The notes beneath the pieces were generated by a model. It was given only the letters and a program-made list of their open reading frames with translations. It was not told the origin of the DNA and searched no databases. This document shows positions 29,819 through 39,496 of a stretch of DNA of 42,627 nucleotides, in pieces. The position numbers and the translations under genes were made by a program. Origin of the DNA: Promethearchaeota archaeon (lineage in GTDB: Archaea; Asgardarchaeota; Lokiarchaeia; Sigyniarchaeales; SOKP01); the NCBI GenBank assembly GCA_019057795.1, contig JAHLWS010000055.1:1-42627 (forward strand). The letters run 5' to 3'. How positions within the stretch are numbered: position 1 is the first letter of the stretch; each line of letters starts with the position of its first letter.

Positions 29819-30139
29819 TATAATAAAAAATTAACTAAAATTTATATATTCGAAGAGAGGTAAATATTTTCAAGAAAGACCGAGAAAATGCAGATATAAG
29901 ACATAATACTCAATTTTAAATTTTTATTTTATCCTTGTTAAATTGTCAATTTTTGAAAGAATTGTATTAATCTCTTGCTCGAAAATATCTTTTTATGATA
30001 TTTGATGAAAAATTTAAATATTCCTTAATCATTATATCTTAAGAGGAATTTTTGTTTACCAATTAGTACAAAAATAATATATATTGGATAAATTAAGAGC
30101 ATATATAATAATTTAAATATAAGAGGGATAACTTGGGCG

Positions 30140-31288
30140 ATGACAAGTATATATACTAAAAAAATTGATGGTCCTGCGACACTTGCTATTGTGATTGGCG
30201 TTGGTGCTTATTCACATTTACCAGAAGGCGATGGTACCCCTTTCGAGGATAACGAAGGAATGGAACAATTAACATCACCACCATATTCAGCACGTGAATT
30301 CGCAAATTGGTTACTAAGTGAGTATAATAATCCAGATAAACCTTTGGCTTCAATAGAATTACTAATATCTGATGCTGCAAATGATAAATTCATTTTTCCA
30401 GATGATAAAGAGACCAAAATTGAAAAGGCTAACAAGTCAAATGTTAAAAAAGCCATACATCATTGGGTAAATCTTGGTGATGAAAACCGAGACAATCGAA
30501 TGATCTTCTTCTTCTGTGGTCACGGAATCGCTAGTGGTCCTTTTGTTTCGTTGCTATTAGACGATTTTGGTAAATATAAACACGCTCCCCTAGATAATAC
30601 GATTGATTTTGATGGTTTTTATCTTGGGATGGATAAGTGTAAAGCTCGCGAGCAATGTTTTTTTATTGATGCATGTCGAACTGCTTCATCGACACTTATT
30701 GAGTCATTGAATTACGCTGGAGATCCTATTATTGGTCCTTCAGCAACTCCTTCAAATCATGGAAGACGGTACGCACCTGTTTATTACTCTACAGTTCCAG
30801 GTGATAGTGCTTATGGTCGACCTATGGACACAAGTGTGTTTACAGAAGCGCTTATTAAGGCTCTAAATGGTGCTGGAAGTGATGATATCGAAGGGGATTG
30901 GCGTGTCTATACAGATAGGCTTAACATTGGGATTTATTATCTGATTAAAAGAATGATGAGTAATATTCCATTTCTCGAACAGGTTATTTCCGTCGATGGA
31001 TTAAGTAGCCCTTTTACAATTCATTATCTTAAGGGAAAACCTCTCGTCCCCGTTGCAGTGGGATGTGATCCTAAAAAGGCAAATATAATGGCACAATTCT
31101 CCTTTACTAACCAAACAACGAAAATAGAACGACCAGATATGGAACTATCGGACTGGTATATCGATATATTGGAAGGAGAATATGTCTTCAGCGCTAATTT
31201 TCCAAGGGGTCCTTATCTTAACAACGAAATAAAAAAACATGTGCGACCACCATTCCGCAAGATTCCAATTGAGGTGAGGATTAAATGA
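30140..31288 (+). CDS. Caspase-like cysteine protease (peptidase C14, ortho/metacaspase) with C-terminal beta-sandwich-like extension
   Basis: ALVIGVxxY-like first strand (AIVIGVGAY), FFFCGHG (His128), FFIDACR (Cys179), YSTVPG..AYG...SVFTEALIKAL. Confidence 0.9.
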   Translation: MTSIYTKKIDGPATLAIVIGVGAYSHLPEGDGTPFEDNEGMEQLTSPPYSAREFANWLLSEYNNPDKPLASIELLISDAANDKFIFPDDKETKIEKANKSNVKKAIHHWVNLGDENRDNRMIFFFCGHGIASGPFVSLLLDDFGKYKHAPLDNTIDFDGFYLGMDKCKAREQCFFIDACRTASSTLIESLNYAGDPIIGPSATPSNHGRRYAPVYYSTVPGDSAYGRPMDTSVFTEALIKALNGAGSDDIEGDWRVYTDRLNIGIYYLIKRMMSNIPFLEQVISVDGLSSPFTIHYLKGKPLVPVAVGCDPKKANIMAQFSFTNQTTKIERPDMELSDWYIDILEGEYVFSANFPRGPYLNNEIKKHVRPPFRKIPIEVRIK

Positions 31289-32610
31289 GTATTTTAAGAT
31301 TACGGCTTAACATTCCTTTGGAGGGAATTCCCCGATTTGGTGTATTGTCCAATATTTATGATCTTTCAGACAAGAGAAAGAGCAAACGTGATATAATTAT
31401 TCCTATAGGAACATATCAAGACTATTATGATGTTAAACTCGATCCTGGTAATTATATTATTGAAGTGATGTTGCCATCTGGACAAGTATTAAATGAAGAA
31501 GTAGCAGTTAAAAAATCGCGTAAGCCACAAGAATTGTATATATCTGCAGGTTTTTCACCGCATGAATGGCTAAGTTGGCAACAGTTCATTGGGAATGTAG
31601 AATATGAAAATTATAAGTTAATGCAAGAGAAACCGTATGTTGAAATACAAGCAAATTTAGTCTTAATTACGGCACCATTAATTACTATTGATGATAAAAG
31701 GGAAGTATCTGACCCGAATAAATTAGTCTCACAGGGTTATTTTTTTAAATTTCCATCATTAACAACTGTTCCAATTGATTCTTTATCACGCTTATCTCCT
31801 TTCAATAACTTAAATATTGATATCAAATTTGGGACCAAAATATTAGAGACAAATACTAAAGATAATTTATCAGAAGTTCATTCTTTTGGATCTGAAGATA
31901 TTCCTTACTTTGTTGATGGGGAGAGTAATAGAAAATATATTTTCGTTCGAGGTGCAAACATACCTACACAATACTGCGTCTTACCGATTCCTTGGATGGT
32001 TGTTGATCGTGGGGAATACGCAGTTGTAGAAGTTTTAATATATCATTTTGCTGTAGAATCATCAAAGATCGACTCAGGCTATAGACTGTCTGTCGTAGTA
32101 CGCGATAATCTTCTTGGTAGTATTCTAGGATACCTTGGTTCAGGAAATCTTCCAACCGCAGCTAAAATCATGGATTATTCTTACGCAAAGGAAATGCTCT
32201 TTTTAAAAATGCAGAATCCTCTTGCTGCTGCAGCTGGTGCATATGTGCTCTTGAAAATCGAAACAGGTCAGGACCAGCGATGGCATCAATGGGTTCGCAA
32301 TTTAAAAAATCGGTTTAAGTGGTTACCAGATGGTGCTATTCAGCATGCATGGACAATTTTAACTAAGCAAAACATTTCTGAAGATGAGAAAAAAGAAGCT
32401 CGTGCCAGTTTATTGGAAGGTTATCGCAGAGGAATTCCATTCTATTCAATAGGTGTAAAATTATTATTGGATGGTCTTCGATTGTTCGCTAATGATGCAA
32501 AAGTTGCAAATGAAAATGATACCGAAGTGGAAGAGGCGCTTAAGTTAATATGGCAGTTAGCTTCACGCACAAATATGCGACAACCGTTCACTACTGTAAT
32601 CGTGCGTTGA
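31285..32610 (+). CDS. Uncharacterised caspase-associated protein
   Basis: Start overlaps caspase stop (ATGA) with GAGGTGAGG RBS; N-terminal LDPGNYIIEV beta-sandwich-like region; helical C-terminus NPLAAAAGAYVLL...W..NL...F.WLPDGAI. Confidence 0.8.
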   Translation: MSILRLRLNIPLEGIPRFGVLSNIYDLSDKRKSKRDIIIPIGTYQDYYDVKLDPGNYIIEVMLPSGQVLNEEVAVKKSRKPQELYISAGFSPHEWLSWQQFIGNVEYENYKLMQEKPYVEIQANLVLITAPLITIDDKREVSDPNKLVSQGYFFKFPSLTTVPIDSLSRLSPFNNLNIDIKFGTKILETNTKDNLSEVHSFGSEDIPYFVDGESNRKYIFVRGANIPTQYCVLPIPWMVVDRGEYAVVEVLIYHFAVESSKIDSGYRLSVVVRDNLLGSILGYLGSGNLPTAAKIMDYSYAKEMLFLKMQNPLAAAAGAYVLLKIETGQDQRWHQWVRNLKNRFKWLPDGAIQHAWTILTKQNISEDEKKEARASLLEGYRRGIPFYSIGVKLLLDGLRLFANDAKVANENDTEVEEALKLIWQLASRTNMRQPFTTVIVR

Positions 32611-32656
32611 GAAATGAAAGCTAATATTTAACTATTAAATATAAATTATTAAAGGG

Positions 32657-33739
32657 ATGAAAGAGATGAGCAAAATTTTTCGCATTAAGATGTTACCTGC
32701 ACGAAATGGCGATTGTTTTTTAATACAGTACGGTGATCCTCGAAATCCTAATAAAATTTTGATTGATGGAGGAACCTCTGGTACATATAAAGACATTCAA
32801 AGTGAACTACAAAAATTACCAAGCGACCAGCACCATTTCGAGCTATTAATTGTAACCCATGTTGATAGAGATCATATTGAAGGAATCCTTGCGCTTCTGA
32901 CTAATTCAAATAATAAAGTCAAATTTGATGATATCTGGTTTAATGGTTGGCGGCATCTTCCTGGTTCTGGATTTGAAGATTTCGGTCCTGTTCAAGGAGA
33001 GAAATTGACCACCCTCCTAATAAAATCAGATATATCATGGAATAAGCGATTTAACAAGCAAAGAGTAGTTGTTTCCAAAACAGGGACATTGCCGTCGTAC
33101 GATCTCCAAGATGGCATGAAATTGTTTCTCCTTTCTCCTGGAATTGAGCAACTCAAGACCTTGCGCCCAGTTTGGAAAAGTAAATGCCGAAAAGCGGGAC
33201 TTGATCCATCAATTGTTCCAAAAGATCCAACTCCAGTTCCATCAGGATTTGAAGTGCTTGGACCTCCTAATATTGAAGTTTTATCAAATAGACCATTTGA
33301 TTGTGATGAATCAGAGACGAATGGTAGTACTATTGCGGTTTTAGCTGAATACGAAGGAAGACGTATTCTCTTAGCTGGTGATGGTTATCCAAACGTTATT
33401 CTGGAGAGTATTAAACGCCTTGTAGGATCAAATGAACAGCTTAAACTGGATGCTTTCAAGCTACCTCATCATGGTAGCAAAGCCAATATAACCCGCGATT
33501 TACTTGAAAAAATTGACTGTAAACGATATCTATTCTCAACCAACGGAGCATATTTCCAACATCCAGATAAAGAAGCTATAGCACGCGTGATTAAGTTCGG
33601 TGGCCAGAAAACTCAGCTGATATTCAATTATCGAACAAAATATAATATGATCTGGGATAATAAAAGTTTGATGAAGAAGTACGGTTATTCTGTAAATTAT
33701 TCAATTGATAAAAGTGGTCAAACAATCGATCTTTTATAA
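32657..33739 (+). CDS. MBL-fold metallohydrolase, Avs1a/ComEC-like putative nuclease
   Basis: MLPARNGDCFLI, ILIDGG, THVDRDHIEG, NGSTIA, LLAGD, KLPHHGSKAN, STNG..FQHPD. Confidence 0.88.
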   Translation: MKEMSKIFRIKMLPARNGDCFLIQYGDPRNPNKILIDGGTSGTYKDIQSELQKLPSDQHHFELLIVTHVDRDHIEGILALLTNSNNKVKFDDIWFNGWRHLPGSGFEDFGPVQGEKLTTLLIKSDISWNKRFNKQRVVVSKTGTLPSYDLQDGMKLFLLSPGIEQLKTLRPVWKSKCRKAGLDPSIVPKDPTPVPSGFEVLGPPNIEVLSNRPFDCDESETNGSTIAVLAEYEGRRILLAGDGYPNVILESIKRLVGSNEQLKLDAFKLPHHGSKANITRDLLEKIDCKRYLFSTNGAYFQHPDKEAIARVIKFGGQKTQLIFNYRTKYNMIWDNKSLMKKYGYSVNYSIDKSGQTIDLL

Positions 33740-33839
33740 TGAATTTTTTTAAAGAATAAATAAATCATAAATATGAAAATAATTCAGATAATGAATAAGA
33801 ACTTAAGAATTGTTAAGATATGTTAAAGAGGGAATTAAA

Positions 33840-34598
33840 ATGCATGAAGTTATTGTGAGTATGGAAGAGTTATTAAAGTCAACAAAAATGTCAAGTTTCT
33901 TTGAAGCTTTCGAATCTTTTGGTCCTAGAGCAGATTTAGAGCGAAAAGATGAGGAAGTACTTTCAATTGGTCACGAATTTTTTAAAGTGAAATTAATTGA
34001 TAATAAAAATGTAAAGGTTGGTAATCATGAATTTGGGATTCCAGAAGAAACGGTAAACCTACTCAATCAGAATGATTACTATTTAGTTAATTTAGCATTA
34101 ACCTGCCGTGGTGGACCATTAAAAATAACAGAAATGGAAGTTGACATAAATTTTAAAGATAATGACGATGCTACGAACCATTCAATGGATCCTATAAAAG
34201 AAATTGATGAAAAAAAGAAAACAAGAAAGTGGGGGTTGAATCCTTCATTAAAAATACATGAAGTTCTTGGAGCCTCACTAGGCGAAATTATTTCCAACGT
34301 GACTGAATACCATGTTAACATCCATAGAATTATTGGATATTATGAGTTACAACACAGAGCTGCTTGGAAATTAAAAGCTACAGATATTAATCCAGAGTTA
34401 GAAGGTACAGCAAGACTGATATTCATTTTAAAACAGCCTAAAGGAACAAACACAGGAATTGTAGTTAATTTGAGCGGAGAACTCAATTATAGGAGCTTTT
34501 GGCAATCTTTTAAAGCTTGGATAACTAGATCTGATAAATTAAAGAAAGGAAAAATTTCCCATGGAGAAGAACCCACATTTATGGTTCCAAACGAATAA
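33840..34598 (+). CDS. Uncharacterised beta-rich protein, last gene of the caspase operon
   Basis: ATG at 33840 after AGAGGGA; alternating beta-strand pattern; N-terminal FESFGP motif. Confidence 0.75.
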   Translation: MHEVIVSMEELLKSTKMSSFFEAFESFGPRADLERKDEEVLSIGHEFFKVKLIDNKNVKVGNHEFGIPEETVNLLNQNDYYLVNLALTCRGGPLKITEMEVDINFKDNDDATNHSMDPIKEIDEKKKTRKWGLNPSLKIHEVLGASLGEIISNVTEYHVNIHRIIGYYELQHRAAWKLKATDINPELEGTARLIFILKQPKGTNTGIVVNLSGELNYRSFWQSFKAWITRSDKLKKGKISHGEEPTFMVPNE

Positions 34599-34939
34599 AA
34601 GAAAAAGAGGATTTACACAGGCAACCATTTCCTTATTATCCATTGATGCTAAAGATCTTAAAAAATTCTCAGAGTCTTTAGGTTATCAACAATCAGATTT
34701 AATAATATCGAGTGGTTTTGATGCTCCAATTAAATAGTAGAAATTCTTAAGAAAGAAAAGAGAAAAAACTAAAGAGAAGATTAAAGAAGACCTACTAGTC
34801 TATAATAGGGACGATTTAAAAAGAACGAAATTTATTTACGACCTATTAAAGGCAAAATCATAAATAGGCAAAAACACATGTTAAACTAATTTGTTAAAAT
34901 TAGATTTATGAAGTTAACTCATTTAAAGGTTTTTATGTA

Positions 34940-36979
34940 ATGTTAACAAAATATCGCGGATTTAAGATACCTGAGGAAGAAGTCTTAGTACTTTTAAAAT
35001 TTGAAGAATTGATTGGAAGTGATTTTTCGGATAAAAATTTTGTTGTTGGTCTGTATGATGGTGAACCCAGATCTGGGATTAGAAAATTATATCTCTCAGA
35101 TATGGGATTAAAGACAATTCCCCGCAGTATTGGAAATTTAAAATTTTTGAGAGTATTATCCCTTAGTAATAACGAAATAACAAAAATTCCTACTGAAATT
35201 GGTAATCTTGCTTCATTAGATTATCTTGACTTAGGAAAAAATTCTATAACCATAATACCAGAAAGTATTGGTAACCTAAAAAGCCTTAACACATTAATCT
35301 TAGAAGGGAATGCATTGAAAGTACTTCCTGAAAGTTTGGGGAATCTTAAGAAGCTAGTTTACTTATATCTTGACGGGAATGAATTGAAAACACTTCCTGA
35401 AAGTTTTGGGAAACTAGAGAATCTGGTTCACTTATATCTTAACGGAAAAAAATTAAAAACAATCCCAGAGAGTTTTGGAAGACTCAAAAATCTTTCAGTT
35501 TTGCAGCTTAATAGGAATAAAATATAAACACTTCCAGAGAGTTTTGGAAGACTCAAAAATCTTTCAGTTTTGCAGCTTAATAGGAATAAAATAAAAACTC
35601 TTCCAGAGAGTTTTACTAAACTCGAAAATCTTAAGAAATTGGAACTTTTCGAAAACGAACTATCAGAGCTCCCTCCTAACATTGGTTACCTTAGAAAACT
35701 TGAGAGTTTACTTATACGGCATAACAAATTAAAAATATTACCTGATTCTATTGGAGATTTAAAATATTTAACGCGTTTTCACTTAAGTGAAAATTATATA
35801 GAATCTCTCCCATCTAGTATAAATAATTTAAGGAATTTGAAATTCCTTGATTTAAGTTATAATCTACTCACTGATTTACCCAAACTTGATTCTGATAAGG
35901 ATCTTGAATTAAGAATAGATGGGAACTTTTGGTTAAACTTTACAGCAATTCCGAATTTATTTCCAGGAGAGAAATATGATAAGTATTCTGCTTCATTACA
36001 GAAGAGAAATTTAAGAGATTTGATTGCAGCTAAAGAATACTACTGGGATTTTATCTTAGAAAAATATTATGATACTATAATAAAACAAGATGCTGAAATA
36101 GATTGGGGATTTTCATTATTTCATATCAAAGAGGAAGAGTTCATAGATTTAACCGATGATGAGATCGTAGATGTAGTCCTATTGAACGATGAGATAACAC
36201 AGTATAGAGCAGTTTCTACGCAAACAAAGCCTTCAATACATCGCAAACATCCTAATCGTAAAAAAAATTATATAAGATTGTTATTGGTTGTCGAAGATGA
36301 TTCAAAGGATATTTCTATTGAATTTCTCTTTCCATTTATCAAGAATATTACAATTACAGTAACTACAAATCGAGGTGACATTATTCCAGTTGTTTTTACA
36401 GATTTTTATTTTAAAAAAACTTGTTGGGAAAAAAAAATTGCCTATCAAACTTCAAGTATTGTTAAATTTGATCAAGGATATAATCTTGAACCTTATGCAA
36501 GGTTAAGATTTTCTGATGTACAAGTTGAATATGAAGAAGAATTAATTCCAAAGACTGAAGGATCTAATATTCTTAACGAAAAATTAGATAGGGTGATCTT
36601 GTTTTTGGAAAATAAGTTTTCTAACGAATTGAGAGGTAAAGATAGTACTGGAAAAGATCAAGAAGAAGTAAAAGAAACTAAGGGAAAGATAATAGAACTT
36701 TCTAAGAGATTTGATAAAGCTTTTAGCGAGCCCCTATTTCCAGATGTCATTCTTAAAGTAGGAAATACATTATTTGGTTGGATTGGAAAACTATCTGAAT
36801 ATTTAATGGCTGGTATTGTCTTTGCTAGTGCTTTACCTTCCGTTTTACAATTTGTTCTTACACTTATTTGGGAAGAAATCCCCTTTTGGATAGAGCTCTT
36901 GACATATTTACCTCTTATCATTTTTATTATAATATATTTTCTGAAGTTCTTGATCCGTCATAGAATTCCTAAAATTTAA
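34940..36979 (+). pseudogene. LRR protein with two C-terminal TM helices, interrupted by a single in-frame TAA (679 aa if intact)
   Basis: ORFs 34940..35527 and 35570..36979 are in the same frame; 23-aa LRRs continue across TAA at 35525-35527, where the duplicate copy has AAA. Confidence 0.8.
35465..35602 (+). repeat. 69-bp tandem duplication of one LRR unit
   Basis: 35465-35524 is identical to 35534-35593. Confidence 0.92.
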
Positions 36980-37189
36980 TTGGACCAAAAATAGAAATTC
37001 GAGCAAAAATAAAAGGTTTTACTTAAATCGGACGAAAAATTTTTACCCACTTAGGATATAACGACAGTTTCTAATTTGACTAATATTAAAATTATGTTCA
37101 TAGATTATTAAAAAATGGAATGAGGATAACCATCCAATAAATTCAAGATTACCAACATTGTTAAGAAATTCAAGCACTTTGTATTCTAA

Positions 37190-37504
37190 TTAATCATTTA
37201 AAGATTTATTTTTTTTATTAATTGAATTTCGACTAACCTGAGACTTGTTTGGTTTAATTGTCGTATTAAAATCACTTTTTCTTATATCAATTTGATTACG
37301 CCTTCTAAGTTCATTTAAATACAATTTTATTTTATAGCTTAAGGCCCCACGTTTACCCTTTTGAAAATCTAAGTGAATTTTATTCCAGTTAAGTGTCTCC
37401 AAGAAGAAGAGAAATTTCTGAAGAAACATTTCGCTATTGAATCCACCCCAATCATAGATTAATCTTCGGATTGCATTACATTCATCAGAAATAAGTGAGA
37501 TCAT
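37190..37504 (-). CDS. Small winged-helix protein resembling SocA/DUF4065/YwgA-type antitoxins
   Basis: LQKFLFFLE...F....GALS..I...LNEL.....I resembles the LQKLxY...F...GPYS..L...L..L pattern. Confidence 0.4.
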   Translation of the reverse strand: MISLISDECNAIRRLIYDWGGFNSEMFLQKFLFFLETLNWNKIHLDFQKGKRGALSYKIKLYLNELRRRNQIDIRKSDFNTTIKPNKSQVSRNSINKKNKSLND

Positions 37505-37732
37505 TTGCTATAGCCTTATCTTTCTTCCAAAAAGGAATAAATTGAAGATCCATAATTAAGGTAAGCATAGACCTTTTTAAAGCTCGAGAAAATATGCTTT
37601 GTTAAGTTTAGTTTAAATATTAATTTTAAAAAAAAGAATGTAAATAACATAACCCAAAAAAAAAAATCCAAGTCATTAACGAAAACCTGAAAAATTAATT
37701 CGATTTGATTAGTTTAATATTTATATTTTTTT

Positions 37733-39025
37733 TCAATTGCTTACATTTGAATGGCTAACGCGATTACCTCCCGGGATATAAACATAAAGAATACCTCTTG
37801 AACTTTTATCATATTTTTCTCCTATCTGATATCCCCCTTTTTTAATTCTGGCTATAAAATAATTTTTAATGTCACTAAGTTGTTCTAAACCAATATCAGA
37901 AACATCTAAAACCACCAGAAAAGCGAATTTCTTAGTCAATGCAATAATTTCTGAATCACATTGAGCCGCAAACTCTTCATATGGGTTATAAATATTATTA
38001 GGTCTTTTCTTTAATAACTTGAACTCCAATAGAATCTCTTTTTTATATAGAAATTCAATGTTTCCGCGACCAATTTTAATTTCTGAAAAAGAGGAAAATT
38101 TTGATGGTTCTGCTAAATATTGCTTTATATAAGGATGAAAGTCTCTTACTTCATCTTGAAATTCCTTTGTTGTTTTCCATCCTTCAAGCATATTGATCTT
38201 TTCCCAAAAGTCATATAATTTAGATAAAACCTCATAGAATTCTTTAGTTGGTTTAACATCTATGTTTTTTGAGAAAAATTTCGTTATTTCTTTTTCAATT
38301 TCTACATATTTGGGTTCAAATTTCTTTCTCTGTATTTTTCTGACAACAAAATACCAATTTTTATATTTTTTATGAGAAATTATATACCCTATAAAAATGA
38401 AAGTAAAGGCCAAAAATATGATTCCGAGAAAACTAAGTAAATTACCAACGTTGTAAATATTCTTATCATATAAATTAATTATTTCATAGGAAATATCAAC
38501 ATTTAATCCGTAATTGAATTGAGTTAGGGTATATTGAGTATTATTATTTATTAATTCTCCATGAAAAATTATGAGATACCATTTTCCTGTAAGATCTCTT
38601 TTATTATCTGAAAAATAACTTAATGGAATATCTAAATCATCAACTATCATTATATTATCATGACAGTTTAGAAAAAAATAATATGGCTCCTCTAATACTG
38701 TAAAAACAAAAAATCCATATTCATTTATAAAGGAAGGAATAGCACTTAATAAAATAGAAAGTTTTTCATAAGCTATGTTAGAATTTTGACTTAAGGTAAT
38801 TTTGAATTTGAACCATTTCATTTTTTCTCCTTTTTTACCAACTTCTATTTGGGAAAATATCTGTGAATCATCAATATCAATATTGTATTTATTTTCGCAT
38901 ATAGATGTCTGATAGTATGATAATTGACCTGAATTGGGTGTTGTTGTTAAATACCCAATGGTTAAAAATATTCCGCTACAAAAAGTTAAGATTATTAGAC
39001 AAATTAAGAATCTAGAAAGTCTCAT
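37733..39025 (-). CDS. Membrane protein: N-terminal TM/signal, external domain, second TM, C-terminal PD-(D/E)xK-like domain
   Basis: Hydrophobic aa ~5-26 and ~193-216; C-terminal E..FH..I...L...SEIKIGRGNIEF....ILLEFK...AQ...FAFLVVLD. Confidence 0.6.
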   Translation of the reverse strand: MRLSRFLICLIILTFCSGIFLTIGYLTTTPNSGQLSYYQTSICENKYNIDIDDSQIFSQIEVGKKGEKMKWFKFKITLSQNSNIAYEKLSILLSAIPSFINEYGFFVFTVLEEPYYFFLNCHDNIMIVDDLDIPLSYFSDNKRDLTGKWYLIIFHGELINNNTQYTLTQFNYGLNVDISYEIINLYDKNIYNVGNLLSFLGIIFLAFTFIFIGYIISHKKYKNWYFVVRKIQRKKFEPKYVEIEKEITKFFSKNIDVKPTKEFYEVLSKLYDFWEKINMLEGWKTTKEFQDEVRDFHPYIKQYLAEPSKFSSFSEIKIGRGNIEFLYKKEILLEFKLLKKRPNNIYNPYEEFAAQCDSEIIALTKKFAFLVVLDVSDIGLEQLSDIKNYFIARIKKGGYQIGEKYDKSSRGILYVYIPGGNRVSHSNVSN

Positions 39026-39496
39026 TCTTATAAACTTGAAATAGATAAATTTTTTCGCTTTTATCTATGAAAACAATGTTTGAATATAATGTTATTTATC
39101 AATCCTCTATTAACTTTGATATAAGAATTATATCTAATTTAGTATTTAATAATAGACAAAAGTGAATAAAATGAAACAAATTACAAAAAGAAAAGTAATT
39201 ATAATAGTCCAAGATACGATGTATTATTACTTTTAGGAATTGTATCAACTATAGCTGTAATAATCGTCAAAAAAAGGTTAAATCATTAAAATTAAATTTT
39301 ATTATAATCTTTATTTTTGGGTGGATACAAAATTCAGTGAATTAGAATTGAAAATTCAAGACGTTGCTAAAATATCGTTTAAATATCATATATAGATCAT
39401 TAACTAATGTTTCTTTTTGTCTATTATCTAACAAGCTTGATTTTATAGAATTAAGTAGTTTTTTTTTTATTATAGCACAATCTGAAACATCAGATT

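Noticed and set aside
28080-30139. Replication origin beside the Cdc6-like gene
   Set aside because: No repeated ORB/G-string elements could be seen in the flanking intergenic DNA
32657-33739. Competence protein ComEC or beta-lactamase
   Set aside because: No membrane Competence domain or signal peptide; context and inserted loops fit defence-type MBL hydrolases better
35525-35527. Programmed stop-codon readthrough (Sec/Pyl) in the LRR gene
   Set aside because: The codon is TAA, not TGA/TAG, and the duplicate repeat shows it derives from AAA (Lys)
35465-35602. CRISPR-like or DGR template/variable repeat pair
   Set aside because: Repeats are adjacent in-frame LRR units with no spacers, and there is no cas or reverse transcriptase gene in the window
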